Shown: piece by piece, positions 1-13,275 of the stretch
Layout of the letters: every line of letters starts with the position of its first letter
Numbering within the stretch: position 1 is the stretch's first letter
Assembly (NCBI RefSeq): GCF_006345805.1
Contig: NW_021833462.1
Coordinates: 14,924-78,923, forward strand
Length of the DNA stretch: 64,000 nucleotides
DNA from: Octopus sinensis
Taxonomy: Eukaryota
Direction of reading: 5' to 3'
The notes under the pieces: generated by a model
What the model saw: the letters and a program-made list of their open reading frames with translations, nothing else
Told to the model about the DNA's origin: nothing
Databases searched by the model: none
Translations under genes and position numbers: made by a program

Positions 1-510
1 TATACTTTATATATATCTGGATGCTCCTGGAATATCCTGGAACAGACTGGAAGATCCTGGAAGTGCTTGTCGTAAATCTTGGCTTTGAAAGTTTTACTTA
101 AACCGGAATAGGGTGGCATTGCATTGTGTGTCAGCGATCTTATCCTCGCCATAAAAATACAGGACAATATATCGCAATGGCTGGAGATTCAAGAACCGAC
201 AGCTCTTCAGTATCTGTCCAAATGATTTCGGAGACTTCTATGAGGTGGTTCTAGATGTTTTAAAAACAGTACTGGATCTCTTATCAAGAGAACTGAATAT
301 ACAGGATTTGCAGAAGGAAACACGAATGAGGAAAGTAACATCATTCTCCCTCATTCGCCAAACACCAACTATTAAAGGTGAATTCTTGAAGATGTAGCGA
401 AACCAATTTTCTTTGTGTACGTATTATCATTACGGTTACGAGCAGGAAGTTTTAATCGAAAATATGCATTTGTGTATACACATGTATATCTATTCGCGTG
501 TACTTGCCCA

Positions 511-634
511 CACACACACGCACGTACACACACACGCACGTACACACACACGCACGTACACACACACGCACGTACACACACACGCACGTACACACACACG
601 CACGTACACACACACGCACGTACACACACACGCA
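511..634. repeat. Perfect 16-bp minisatellite (CACACACACGCACGTA) x7.75
   Basis: Unit read directly, period 16 from 511 to 634. Confidence 0.95.
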
Positions 635-863
635 AATTGACCTGCTTAGACGCATACTTATACATAAGTGCCTAATGAGCAGGTCATTTGTGCTACGGAT
701 TGGGGAGGGAAGCCAAGAACGATTTCTCTGAGAAACGATTAAGAATGTTTTCACACTTTTCCCGCATTTCGATAGCAAAGAAAAATGTAAACATTTCTTA
801 TTCTAATTTAACTCTTATTCAGGCTTTATATTATTGTAATTAAGCTATAATTTATGCTGTTTT

Positions 864-879
864 GTCTATCTATCTATCT

Positions 880-934
<55 letters not shown>

Positions 935-935
935 G

Positions 936-1004
<69 letters not shown>
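864..1004. repeat. (TCTA)n microsatellite; a second tract lies at about 2035-2176
   Basis: Direct reading. Confidence 0.95.
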
Positions 1005-1005
<1 letters not shown>

Positions 1006-1383
1006 CATACACACACGCTAATATCGAAAAGCGAGAGAAGTGCACATATTTTGTTTGAATGTGAATTACCTCAAATGTGTATTTATATCTATAAATTTGG
1101 ATGTGCACCGAGCCTTCTCATTTAAAAGCTTAGGGAATTAATCAATTCATGGTAGAGTTCCTTGCAAAGATCCCAGGGCTAATGGAAGGGAGAGCACAAT
1201 TAAGGTTTCCGTATCTATATACATACATGTATTTATCCCTAAATCCAGCACTGTCTCATGTAAGCTCGTGTAATCTCGTGTATTCTCATCCAAACTGGAG
1301 ATGCGTACGTGCATTCTCGTTTGGCTGGACCATTGTTAAGACATTTCTCTTTGCATGAAGCCAATTGTAGCCTCGTTAACCCG

Positions 1384-1417
<34 letters not shown>

Positions 1418-1720
1418 TAAAAACGGTAAGATAACAAAAGAAAGAAGGAGTCCTCAATATTATGTAAATAGAGGAATTTATCTGTAAATGTAATATGTGA
1501 CAATTTTTAGAAAAAAGTTAAAATCGGACAGAACTTTTGGGATGAACTAATACTTACCGAATTAGATTCTCGTGGCCAACTAACGAAAGGGTCGAAAATA
1601 GGGAACTAAATAAGGACTGCAGTAGATACATATTCCTTTAACGCATTCTAGCTGTGAATGGAGTTATATGAGAAAGTATTGAATTTGTTTATTCACAATA
1701 ATTTTGTTTTTTTATTACAG

Positions 1721-1797
1721 AAGTGAAAAGCATTAAAGTAAAACCATTATTCCTAAGAGGCCATGTGACTGTGTTGACCACAGGCAACAGAAACTGG
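1721..1797 (+). CDS. Candidate internal coding exon (77 nt, phase 1 to 0), peptide (E)VKSIKVKPLFLRGHVTVLTTGNRNW, unidentified gene
   Basis: Acceptor ttttgtttttttattacag, donor TGG|gtcagt; only one frame is open; not a recognised repeat. No homolog recognised. Confidence 0.45.
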
Positions 1798-2037
1798 GTC
1801 AGTATAAGTGCTGCATCACAGCGATTCTATTTCAACTGTATGTTACAATGAATTGTCTCTGATTAAATACACAATATACTTAAAAGTATATTAATGAAGC
1901 CGAATACAAAAACGTTTTTTTTTAATATCCTAATTAATAAGTGAGACTCGGGGGATTAAATTCGATGAGCAAGACAATTACAATACATAAATTTTTAATT
2001 ACTCAAAATTGTGCACTTGTATGAATATATAAGTCTT

Positions 2038-2124
<87 letters not shown>

Positions 2125-2125
2125 G

Positions 2126-2178
<53 letters not shown>

Positions 2179-2324
2179 TTATGTGCCAATATGTATATAT
2201 GTAATATTTTTGGACGAATGGTTACATGTCGATTGGTGTGCTGAAGTCTTGAGTAGAGCACTAACACAGTTTGGGCTACCTGGTGTCGGTACTTCAGGAA
2301 TTTCGCAGTGTTAGTTGAGACAAT

Positions 2325-2334
2325 GATAATGATG

Positions 2335-2402
<68 letters not shown>

Positions 2403-2460
2403 TATAATAATAATTATAACAACAACAACAAAAACAACAACAGCAACAACAATAATAATT
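2325..2460. repeat. (TAA)n/(CAA)n microsatellite
   Basis: Direct reading. Confidence 0.95.
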
Positions 2461-2687
2461 TCTAAGTAAAGAGAAAATGGATTTGGTTTTAATCTTTATT
2501 CTGTACAGTAGTCGTTTTGACCAACCCTGCTTAGTGAGTGGGATTGACCGGATGGGCGGGTGGCCAACGTCCTCTGTGTAAATGCAGGACGAACGAAAGA
2601 ATGTGTGTGTATGTGTGTATACGCCTCCTGGTCTAAGTTAGCTAAACAATCTTTCGCCACCGCTAGATATTACAGCCTGCATATATG

Positions 2688-2718
<31 letters not shown>

Positions 2719-2720
<2 letters not shown>

Positions 2721-3095
2721 TGTCCTTCTTCTAATATCATTCCTGTGTCTTAAACCCAATGGGACTCATTTCAACATGTTTGCACTTCGTCAGTTTTGCT
2801 GTCTGAGTCTCATCAGGTTCATCTGTACATAAATGTTTGTGTCTCGCTGAAAATTCTTTGTGTTTTGGGTGTAATGTTGTTATATACTTGACTGGTTAGG
2901 GAATGAGACATCACTAGAAAATTCTATTACTCTTACCTTTTTTCAATAAGAGTTGCAAGGATTTGCAAATATAGGCAAATAATTCTTGATAAAAAAGACA
3001 AAAGAATTTTTTAAAAAAACTCGAAGGGGAAGTTAATGGTTGGATTGAGTTACATTGGAATAAAAACAGAGGAATGGTATTAGAAGAAGGAAGGG
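2719..3095. mobile_element. MITE-like element with ~57-bp degenerate terminal inverted repeats inside a (TA)n tract
   Basis: Left arm cctgtccttcttctaatatcattcctgtgtctt...ccaatgggactcatttcaac (2719-2775) matches the reverse complement of 3039-3095 (cccttccttcttctaataccattcctctgtttt...ccaatgtaactcaatccaac); TA repeats on both outer sides. Confidence 0.7.
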
Positions 3096-3102
3096 ATATA
3101 TA

Positions 3103-3197
<95 letters not shown>

Positions 3198-3356
3198 TGT
3201 GTGTGTGTGTGTGTGGTGTTGTGTGTGAGTGTGTGTGTGTTTGTGCGTGTGTGTGTATGTATATATATATGCAGGCTTCAACATCTAGCAGGAGCGAAAA
3301 ATTGTTTAGCTAGCTTAGACCAGGATGCGTATACACACATACACACACATATGCAT

Positions 3357-3552
3357 CATGATAGATCGTTAGCCACTACACACATTTTTTTCTCTCCTTG
3401 TTTCTCTCCTTGTTTTTTCTGTGTCCCTTTCTGTAGAAGAGCGTAGGCTCGAAACGTAAAAGACTTTTTCTATTCCTGAGCGTTACACTAATACATCTGT
3501 TTGTTTTGTACACCACCTGTCTTCGTCTTTTGTTTTTTGCGTAAACTCTTCT
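3357..3552 (+). mobile_element. ~190-bp TA-associated repeat, putative Penelope-like pLTR fragment with hammerhead-like motif; second copy at 62631-62818
   Basis: Two diverged copies align over their length (catgataga...gtaggctcgaa...gagcgtta...taatacatctgtttg...gtcttcgtctttt), each followed by (TA)n. PLE origin is inferred. Confidence 0.6.
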
Positions 3553-3684
3553 ATATATATATATATATATACACACATACATTTACTCACGCATATGTGT
3601 ATGTGCGTGTGTATCGAAGAAAGATGTGGAAACCAGATAAGGACAAAGACAAACAAACAATAGAAAGAAAGAGAGAGAGAGAAA

Positions 3685-3850
3685 AAGAAGAAGAAGAAGA
3701 AGAAGAAGAAGAAGACGAAGAAGAGAAGAAGAAGAAGAAGTAGAAGAAGAAGAAGAAGAGAAGAAGAAGAAGGAAGAAGAAGAAGAGAAGAAGAAGAAGA
3801 AGAAGAAGAAGAAGAAGAAGAAGAAGAAGAAGAAGAAGAAGAAGAAGAAA
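3685..3850. repeat. (GAA)n microsatellite
   Basis: Direct reading. Confidence 0.95.
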
Positions 3851-4427
3851 AAGGGAGAGAGAGAGATAGAGGTCATCTTGAGTAGTTAACTATAGCAAAC
3901 GAAAGTCTCAATTAGACATAGATTGTAGTCAGAATTGTCGTAACAGTCTGTATCTAAGAATTGGTTAGATCAAAAGACATTCAGCTAATCGATATCTGGT
4001 GTGTGTGACAATCACACTACTCAATACTTGTCATCAATAGATTCCCCACCGCCACGCCTATACACATTTCATTATATTACATTCCAGCTTCGGCGTAAGT
4101 AGGATTATCGATCTTGTAGTTGTTAACAAATTTTCTTTGATCCACTGCGATTCTTTCCCCGGAACGTTTTGATTATTTTCTCGAAGAATGCACAAGACTT
4201 AGAGTTGCGGCTTACTTTAGTGGCTGCTTATATCGTAATAAAAGACAACTACGTGTGATGCCGAACGTGTGGTAGCGGTGGTGGTGGGTGATGGTGGTCG
4301 TTGTGTTGGGGACTTCATTGTTGTTGGGGTTCGTGATCGACTCGCAGATATATTGCAATTTTTAATATTGTATCGACAATGCATACGTTTGTGTGACCAT
4401 CACAGCTAATATATATATATATATATA

Positions 4428-4468
<41 letters not shown>

Positions 4469-6222
4469 TATATATATACAATTGCAGCGTGGAAGGTGTT
4501 TGTAAGCCATTAAGAAACACACAAAAGCCGTTCGATTCACTTCAACTTTAAGTGCTGCATCTATATATATATATATTATAATATACATATATATATATAT
4601 ATATATATAAATACTTAGACATCCACACACGGACGCACGCCCACTCACACACGCGCGCGCACGTACGCGATTCTTCATCGACAGCGATTTCATTTTCCCT
4701 TCATCCTCAACTCGAAGATATGGGCACAAGTTTCCAGTCTCGATAACATCAACCAAATTATTTGTTTTACTCTCTAACCACCGTTGCCAACTTTTATTCT
4801 ACTCCCATCTTCTCCAAAACAGCATCGTTCGTTCTATTGGCCACGCAACTGGCCTGCAACGCATTATTCCCGTGGTACGTTATCTCGTAAGCCCTCGGCC
4901 ACGTCAAGTACTGTATCCATGATTAGGTTTCATGCTTTGTTACCCATTCTTGTAACAGATCTGTAAGATGAGCTAGTGAACAGCGGACCACACGAGAGAG
5001 GTTTTCGTTGCAACGTTGAAGATTGCAAACACCGCTTGTTGCTCAGGTTGCTGTAACATAGTCGTCACCACCCACATTAGTAAGAGCTTGTTAAGAATCC
5101 TGCTGAAGATGATTGATTAGCTTGTCGAAGTATTATTTGACGATGTTTGGGGTTTCCTATCCTAAAAGACTGGGTATAAAAGAGCAGATTTGTGGCACAG
5201 GATCACCATGGAGAAAACCAGGGAATAGAGTGTTTTATTATATATAGAGTTCTATAAAAGAAAACAAAAAAACTTTCGCCTCACTCAAGTTTTCTACGTT
5301 GTGAAATGTGTTACAGATGATGGGGTTGTAAGTTCAGCAACCGATTTCCTGTGCAGACTGTACAATGGACATCAGACGTCTCTTAGGGTGGAACGCGAGT
5401 TCGTCGGCAGGTATAAAAACCGAAAGAAATTCGATAAAGGTGGCTCGTTTCACCTGTCTACTGTAACCTTTGTTGTATAAGGTGAGGTGGAGGTCGGCTG
5501 AATCGGTGTGTACGTGCGACAGCGGCCAGTGGTTTAAAGAATAAGACGTATGACCGTGTGGCAATATTCATGTATGCTTGAATGTGTGTATTGTTCTCTA
5601 TAATTTTCTTGACTTTATTTCTTTATCTGGTGGTAGTGAAGGGTGGGGTTGAGGCTAAAAGTATGTTGTCACTCGTTGCGGCAACATTAAAAGTTATTCC
5701 AATTTACTATTACTTCTCTAGTTTAAACTTCCAAAACTCCACATTTTATTGCATTTAACCCGGATTTTTTGCTTCTATGGCATCATGTGCACACTCTTTA
5801 ATTATAGTTTAAGTTTAAAAGTCTATGTTGGTGGTAGAGATAATCTCAACCAAGAAACTATGTGTAAAGGGAGTCCGAGTGCGTATGTGTGTGTGTGTGT
5901 GTGTGTGGTTTGTGCGTAATATCATACCTTGATACATAGATAGCCGCCGAGAGTCCGCTGCTATATGTAATCATAGCTATTTAGTTTAAAATCTTCTAAT
6001 TTGGACGGTCAAAATCGTGATAGGACTTAAGTCTAGTGGTTAACGCGGATAAACGTTTTCTTCCCCGTCAGTCGCACCTGCGCCCGCGCACACGCAGACA
6101 AACATACTCATACACACACACTCGTATATATTAATATACACATGCATATACACACACACACACACGTTTGAGTGGATATATATATATATACATATACATA
6201 TATATATACATACATACATACA

Positions 6223-6281
<59 letters not shown>

Positions 6282-6348
6282 TATATTATATATATATACA
6301 CACACACAAACACGCACACACACATATATATATATATATATAATATAT

Positions 6349-6379
<31 letters not shown>

Positions 6380-7449
6380 GCTTGTGTGTGTGTTTCCGCG
6401 TGTGCGCATGTATGTGTGTATTTCTGTATAATGCTAGGCTGAATACCTTCCACACCCAACCATAACAGTTATATCTCCAATAATCTATAGATAGAGACTA
6501 AAGCCAAATTCTCTGGAAATCTGCTTCTGAGACTTTCTTCATCAATCTAACTTCACAAACATCAATATTTTATACATCAACAGCTCTTACGTTGTTGTTA
6601 TTCTTGTCGTTGTTATTGATGTCATTCCTTGCTATTGCCATTATTTGTAATGTTCTCCTTAATGCTATTGTTTTTCCTCATTCTTACTGCTTTTGATATA
6701 TAAGTGTCGTAATTTTGTTGGTGATGTCGTTGTTGGTTGTGTCATGTTTGTTTGTTGTTGTGATCGCCTAGCTGTTGTTTTATTATAGTCCGAGTTCAAC
6801 CTTGAAGCATTCCAGCCGTGGCCATCTCCACATTATTTTTGAAGTATATAGGCATACTCCATTTAATATATCTTGAACTTATTTCAAGAGGTTCGTGCTG
6901 TGTTTTGTGGGATCACTTGGTTATTATTTCTAGCTTTTGGAGCGAAATTCTCGTTAAGAGATGGAGCTGAACAGATAAAGTAATCTTTTTTCGATTGAAA
7001 TTCAGAATTGAGAATATAAAGGGGCGAAGAGGAGCTAAATACTATTGGGAATTTAAACCGGCATTGTGCTATTTAGAAATCCATCGCAACATTTAATCTG
7101 GCACCATGCTTCATTACACTTCCTATCTCCCCTAGCGTATACTTGGTTTGGTTTTCGCTTTAATCCATCATCCCTTATGAAGGGAAAATATAAACAGGGA
7201 CAAATAGCTAAAGCCCCAAAAGCAGCGAATTGACAGAGGGTTTCGTCCCTTCATCCATCAAATATCAATCAGTCTACTGGGGTCCCATATTTCGGGTTTT
7301 CTCTCTTTTGCCCCCTTTCATCTTTCTTTTTTTTTGTTCGGAGTCGGAGAGTAATCGCTGTGGGAAGAGCTGCGTGAGGCCTCTCACAGCGTTCACATTT
7401 TAAAAAGGAAAAAAAAAATATATATAATAAAAACCCTAAGAATCTTGTT

Positions 7450-7578
7450 CACCAACCGCATGGTTCCGGGTTCAGTCCCACTGCGTGGCACCTTGGGCAA
7501 GTGTCTTCTACTATAACCTCGGGCCGACCAAAGCCTTGTGAGTGGATTTGGTAGACGGAAACTGAAAGAAGCCTGTCG

Positions 7579-7613
<35 letters not shown>

Positions 7614-7836
7614 GTATGTGTGTGTTTGTGTGTCTGTGTTTGTCCCCCTAGCATTGCTTGACAACCGATGCTGGTGTGTTTACGTCCCCGTTACTTAGCG
7701 GTTCGGCAAAAGAGACCGATAGAATAAGTACTGGGCTTACAAAGAATAAGTCCCGGGGTCGATTTGCTCGACTAAAGGCGGTGCTCCAGCATGGCCGCAG
7801 TCAAATGACTGAAACAAGTAAAAGAGTAAAAGAGTA
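7450..7836 (+). mobile_element. SINE-C (tRNA-derived, CORE-like), 5'-truncated
   Basis: B-box ggttcagtccc, CORE-like caccttgggcaagtgtcttc, internal (TA)/(TG) microsatellite, tail gaaacaagtaaaagagtaaaagag; matches 8 other copies in the window. Confidence 0.9.
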
Positions 7837-8244
7837 AGTGCTTAGTCCATCTCATATAGAATAAAATGTTATATTTGATAAAAGTCGGAGGATGAGTCTG
7901 TGCTTTGGGTAATTCATCGATCAACGGCGCTCCAGCCGAGACTACCTCATTATTTTTATAAACGGCAGATTGTTGTTTTAGGCATATTAAGCCTTTATTT
8001 TTACAAGCCTACCTAATAACCGTGTAGATGCTCTCTTGTTTACTGTAGATCGAGATTGTAAGATAAACACAATCTAAATAGTTGTGGAACTCTAGATGTC
8101 ATGAAACCAGTTCGACATTCTTTAGAGATATGAGTATTATGTAATGATGTCGATGAATAGTAAGGCATTGTGACTGACAAAATGACGTAGAGAACCAGCC
8201 TCTCCCTTTCTCCGCTTAAATCTCTCTCTCTTCTTCTCTTTCAG

Positions 8245-8293
8245 CACTTACCCTACAAACCCTGATAAGATTTTGAAACTGAAGTTTCATCAG
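8245..8293 (+). CDS. Candidate internal exon (49 nt, phase 2 to 0), peptide TYPTNPDKILKLKFHQ
   Basis: Strong acceptor tctctctcttcttctctttcag, weaker donor CAG|gtttac, one open frame. Confidence 0.3.
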
Positions 8294-8439
8294 GTTTACG
8301 TAATAACTTCATAAACTGAATCTACGTTAGAACATGTAAACAAATCAAATTGATAACAATTTAGACACACATAACAGACACACAAACAATACGTCACATG
8401 CACTACCTTGCATTAGATATATGAGTTACATACATTGCG

Positions 8440-8660
8440 TACCAGGGGCTGCTGACAAGTTTCTGGCTTTGGTTTCATGAAAATACAGGAGAATCGGTTA
8501 ATTGTGATTTTATTTAACGTATTCCACTCTCAGATTCGCACACTTATCGCAGCGGTCATTCAGTTCTTCTAAGCTCTGCAAAAGAGCTCGGAAGATTGGT
8601 ATTCCGTGCATGCCTTTCCCGAAACCCTTAAAGCCAGAAACTTTTCAGCACCCGCCCGTA
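8440..8660. mobile_element. Tc1/mariner-derived MITE, 31-bp TIRs, TA ends
   Basis: Left taccaggggctgctgacaagtttctggcttt versus reverse complement of right end tacgggcgggtgctgaaaagtttctggcttt (26/31 identical); mariner-type TIR. Confidence 0.85.
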
Positions 8661-8801
8661 CACGCATGCAAGCATAGACACATACATCGATACATAGATA
8701 CATGCACAAGTAGTTATATACACACACAAGTAGCTACACTTATACACATACAGTAGCTAAAAATAAACACAAATGCATAGTTTCATATATACACCCATAG
8801 A

Positions 8802-9034
8802 AGGGCGACGAGCTGGCAGAAACGTTAGCACGCCGGGCGAAATGCGTAGCCGTATTTCGTCTGTCGTTACGTTCTGAGTTCAAATTCCGCCGAGGTCGAC
8901 TTTGCCTTTCATCCTTTCGGGGTCGATAAATAAAGTACCAGTTTCCCACTGGAGTCGATGTAATCGACTTAATTCCTTTGTCTGTCCTTGTTTGTCCCCT
9001 CTATGTTTAGCCCCTTGTGGGCAGTAAAGAAATA
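8802..9034 (+). mobile_element. SINE-A full-length monomer with 18-bp TSD
   Basis: A-box tggcagaaacgttag, B-box gagttcaaattcc, central gcctttcatcctttcggggtcgataaa; TSD catatatacacccataga at 8784-8801 and 9035-9052. Confidence 0.95.
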
Positions 9035-9657
9035 CATATATACACCCATAGATACATCAATAAATATATAGTTACATTTACTCGTAAAACCATCCATGCA
9101 GTCGATACATACATGACTAAATTTGAAAGGGAGAATGTGAGAAGGCAGACGATGTATACAAGACTGGCATCAACTGACCATTCGCTCTGAAATAGTGAAA
9201 TTGACCGAATAAAACAAGAGAAAATGGCGGAAAAATCGGTTTCGTCTCAAATGTTGTATTGAGTTACCAGAACATTGTTTAGATCAATCAGGGTATATTG
9301 TTATCATTCCATTATACTTGATTGTAGTTAAGTATAATTGTTTGTTTTGAGGAACGAAACATGTCACAACCGACATAACAGTTCGAATTTTATACAGAGC
9401 GTGTGACTAGGAATATTTCATAGATTTTTAAGGTCAGATGTGACAGTCATTGAATGTCATATATTATCAGTAAAGCAGCTCCTGATAAAAGCCAATCTCT
9501 AGAAACAAATATATCAGTCAAGCGTTTAAAGGTGAGGCAAGCAACATCATGTGAGCGGGAGAGAAACACTTGAGTGTCTCTCATGTGAAAACACAACTGA
9601 TGAGTCGAATGAGAGAAAGGGGTTGGGTGGAGAGAAGGGTGTAATTGAGTGAGAAAG

Positions 9658-9690
9658 AGGGTGGGTGAGAGAGGGAGAGTGGGGTGGGGG
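9658..9690 (+). other. Potential G-quadruplex motif
   Basis: gggtgggtgagagagggagagtggggtggggg fits the G3-N1-7 x4 pattern; folding not shown. Confidence 0.4.
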
Positions 9691-11540
9691 TGAGTGAAAG
9701 TGGGGGAGTGAGCGAAAGAGCGGGTGAGTGAGAGACGGAAAGTGAGTGAGAAGCGGGGGCGGATGAGAAACTGATTGCATTTCAATAACCTGATATGCTT
9801 TAGAAAGTCATTGCTGAAACCTCTTTGATCACATGTCTTTATGCAAAGGGATGAACACCAGCTACGTAACAAAAGCAACAACAACGACAACAAATCTTAT
9901 GTATGCAAATTTCACACCTCCACGTGAGAACCGGGTCAATGTTGACTCATCGTTGCCACTCCTGAAACCCTTACCTCTACATTACGTTATATTTAGAAGG
10001 TTATGCCGTTGCAGTCTTGAAACAAAAGATGAATAGCTGAAAGATAGCTGGGGACCAAAAAAATATAGTGAAGCCCTTCTAAAATAATGTTTACGTCACA
10101 TTTTTATGGAATATCTTTCAAAAATTTAATTGCATTTGATCGGTAATATTATTTAAATACAAAGTGTCTATGAGTATTTTTATTAATATATTATTATATG
10201 CCGTCTTCAAGTACATTGATGTTTCCTGCAGTTCATGGGTTTTTAGTGTTTCAACAGCCAGAGATCCTCACCCAGTTGATCCAGCCAGCTTGTCCCCACC
10301 AGTGCCTCAAGAAACACTACCCCTTCCAGACTTCCCCCTTTCTGATTCACAGCCATTTCGAAGCTAGTTCTGTTGTCTTCATAGTCAATGCGATTACCAT
10401 TCACTCACAATATATTGTGTTGTCCTAAGACTTTTTGACATATACAAGGGTGCCTAAATTTGGAGGAGGGTGAATGTCGAGCCCCATACTTTAATTCTCA
10501 GCCTCGAATGGACGAAATGTCGATATTTGGACTCAGGATGCAATGGTTTGTATGTTAATACTCTCAATTCATCTAACAAATTTGACAATTCCCCATCCTC
10601 AATTTTTTCTCACACAAATACAAAGCCAGATGTTTGTGGGAGCGATTAGTCGATGAAGTCACGCCAGCTCTATGGTAGTTGGTATTTAATTTAATCGACC
10701 CCAGATAAATAAAATGCAAAACAGACCTCAGTGAAATTTGAACTCAGAAAATATAAGCGATGTAAGAAAATACAGCCAGACATATTGTCCAGTACCTAAA
10801 ATATTTTACTTACATTGCGTCAAACAGCAGTCTCGTTTCAATACTATGGATACAGGTACAATGTTTATAATCGTACCTCCGTTCTATACAAGTAAAAATC
10901 TTTCAGTTGTCCACCATCCGGGATTTGATAATAGGTCTGTAATGACTACGTATCTCATTCTCATTCTCCCATTCTGTCAGTCATAAATGAAGGGCAAATG
11001 TCTGAAAAGTTAAACTCTACAACCCCCAAATCAACGGAACGGTTTTAACCTAATTTTTGAATCATCTGACGGATTAAGTAACGCCAATCATAGATTTGAG
11101 TTTCCAAATGTGTCGTACTCATCCGGGGTGGAGCTCGAGATTAAGAGAGCTACAAGAACAGCAACAAAAACAAAATAACTCTAAATTAAAAAAAAAACCT
11201 CTCGGAAAGTTAATAAGGTCATGTACAATATAGTTTTCGTGTTTCCTGAATTTCATATAATATGAGAGCAAAAGATTCCTGAGTAAAGAAATTGATGAAT
11301 GGTGACAAGAAGGAAGAAAAGGAAGAAAAGGAGATGAGAATTTATGAGAGACTGCGATGTTCACGCACCAAGATATGGAGATAGATAGAGAGAGAGAGAG
11401 ATAGTGAAAACAAATGGTTTGTGTATATACGTATGTAACTATTTCAGAGACGGAATGAAAGAGTATTGGTGGTAGATTGTAAAAACGAGAAAGGGAGAGA
11501 GAAATGAGATGTAGTGGGAGAGAAAGAATATATGCATACA

Positions 11541-11634
<94 letters not shown>

Positions 11635-12674
11635 TATACACGCGCATTCATGATACGTACTTACACATATACATACACGCACCCACACCCACACACACAC
11701 AACACACACACATACATACTTATATACATACATACGTACATTAGAATGTCAGAAAAAAACAAAACTCGACCATAATGTATGTATAGATATAAAAGTGTAT
11801 CTAGGAAAGAGAAAGAGAACGACAGAATGAAATGAGAGAAGAAATCAGGGATGAGCCCGAGTGCCTGGAGCCAGTTCATTATAGTCATTCAGTATATCTA
11901 AACAGAGTTGTCCTTTAAACATAAGTAACCGAAGATTTGCTGAAACAGCAACCTATCTTATTGACTCTTTGTGTTGGTGCACAAACCATTTAGAAAGGAC
12001 AATATCGTCTGATTGTATCGTATCTACTTCATGATAGCAACTCCTTTTATCTCTACCATGTTAAGTGAAGTACAACGTCGATCCAGCAGGGGATTTCAAA
12101 TATGAAAGCAGATAGGATAAATTAAATAACACAAGCCATTTATTTCGATGCTTAATCAATTCTGCGGTTTAACGTCGAAGATTTTATAACAGCAGCGGCC
12201 TAAACAGTTTTTTCTGTTTTTTTTTTTTTTTGAAGTTTATGGCAGATTTGGTGTTCAAATATAGAAAAAAAAATATTTTGCTATAGTATGCGTGGGAGAT
12301 ATGTGTGCGTTTGTGGGGCGGTGGTGTTTGTATGTCTGCGCATGTGTGTATGTGTGCGTGTGTAAAAAGGAGAGAGAAACACATATACATTGATTTCAGT
12401 TTTTTTAATATATTTAAAGATATGGTGATAAATTGTCAGAATCGATGGTGTGAAAGTTAAAGTTTTGCAGTATCTGTGATGGATCATCAAGTACAACATT
12501 ACTATTCACCCATCCAGGTTTCATAACATAAAATACCAGCTAAGTATTGGGGATCGATTTCATTGATCATTCTCTTCCCTCAGTTATAGTTCCTTGTAAA
12601 CAGTTCAGAAATTATTTAGTGCAAAATGATAGGATTCTCACCAATGGCACTGATATCATGCAATGATCGAAAAT

Positions 12675-13087
12675 TCTTTTATTCTTTTTTACTGGTTTCA
12701 GTCATTTGACTGTGGCCATGCTGGAGCACCGCCTTTAATCGAGCAACTCGACTCCGGGACTTATTCTTTGTAAGCCCAGTACTTATTCTATCGGTCTTTT
12801 TTGCCGAACCGCTAAGTGACGGGAACGTAAACACACCAGCATCGGTTGTCAAGCGATGCTAGGGGGATAAACACAGAACACAAACACATACACACACACA
12901 CATATATATATATACATATATACGACAGGCTTCTTTCAGTTTCCGTCTACCAAATCCACTCACAAGGCATTGGTCGGCCCGAGGCTATAGCAGAAGACAC
13001 TTGCCCAAGATGCCACGCAGTGGGACTGAACCCGGAACCATGTGGCTGGTTAGCAAGCTACTTACCACACAGCCACTCCTGCGCCTA
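12675..13087 (-). mobile_element. SINE-C full length
   Basis: Head taggcgcaggagtggctgtgtgg on the minus strand, CORE-like region, internal microsatellite and tail. Confidence 0.95.
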
Positions 13088-13275
13088 TATTTACAATTTT
13101 ATAAGATTAATTGGTAAACAATTAAAATCAGTTCTTTTAGAAGATTTTTTTCTTGCTAAACTTTATTCTATTCTTGGCAACACCTTTGCTGCTCTGAAAC
13201 AAAATGAAACAATTGGTTGTTTGTCTCTGTTTCATCAATGTCTCGTTAAACTTGAATGCTGCTTGTTTTGATTCT

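Noticed and set aside
8802-9034. SINE heads as functional tRNA genes
   Set aside because: A/B boxes are present, but the acceptor stems do not pair and the heads continue into SINE bodies with TSDs.
9590-9620. CTGATGA motifs at about 9597, 2807-2813 (minus) and 49066-49072 (minus, CTGAGGA), and the CTAACGA/GAAA pair at about 1580
   Set aside because: Stems I-III cannot be closed around the cores; chance matches or heavily decayed.
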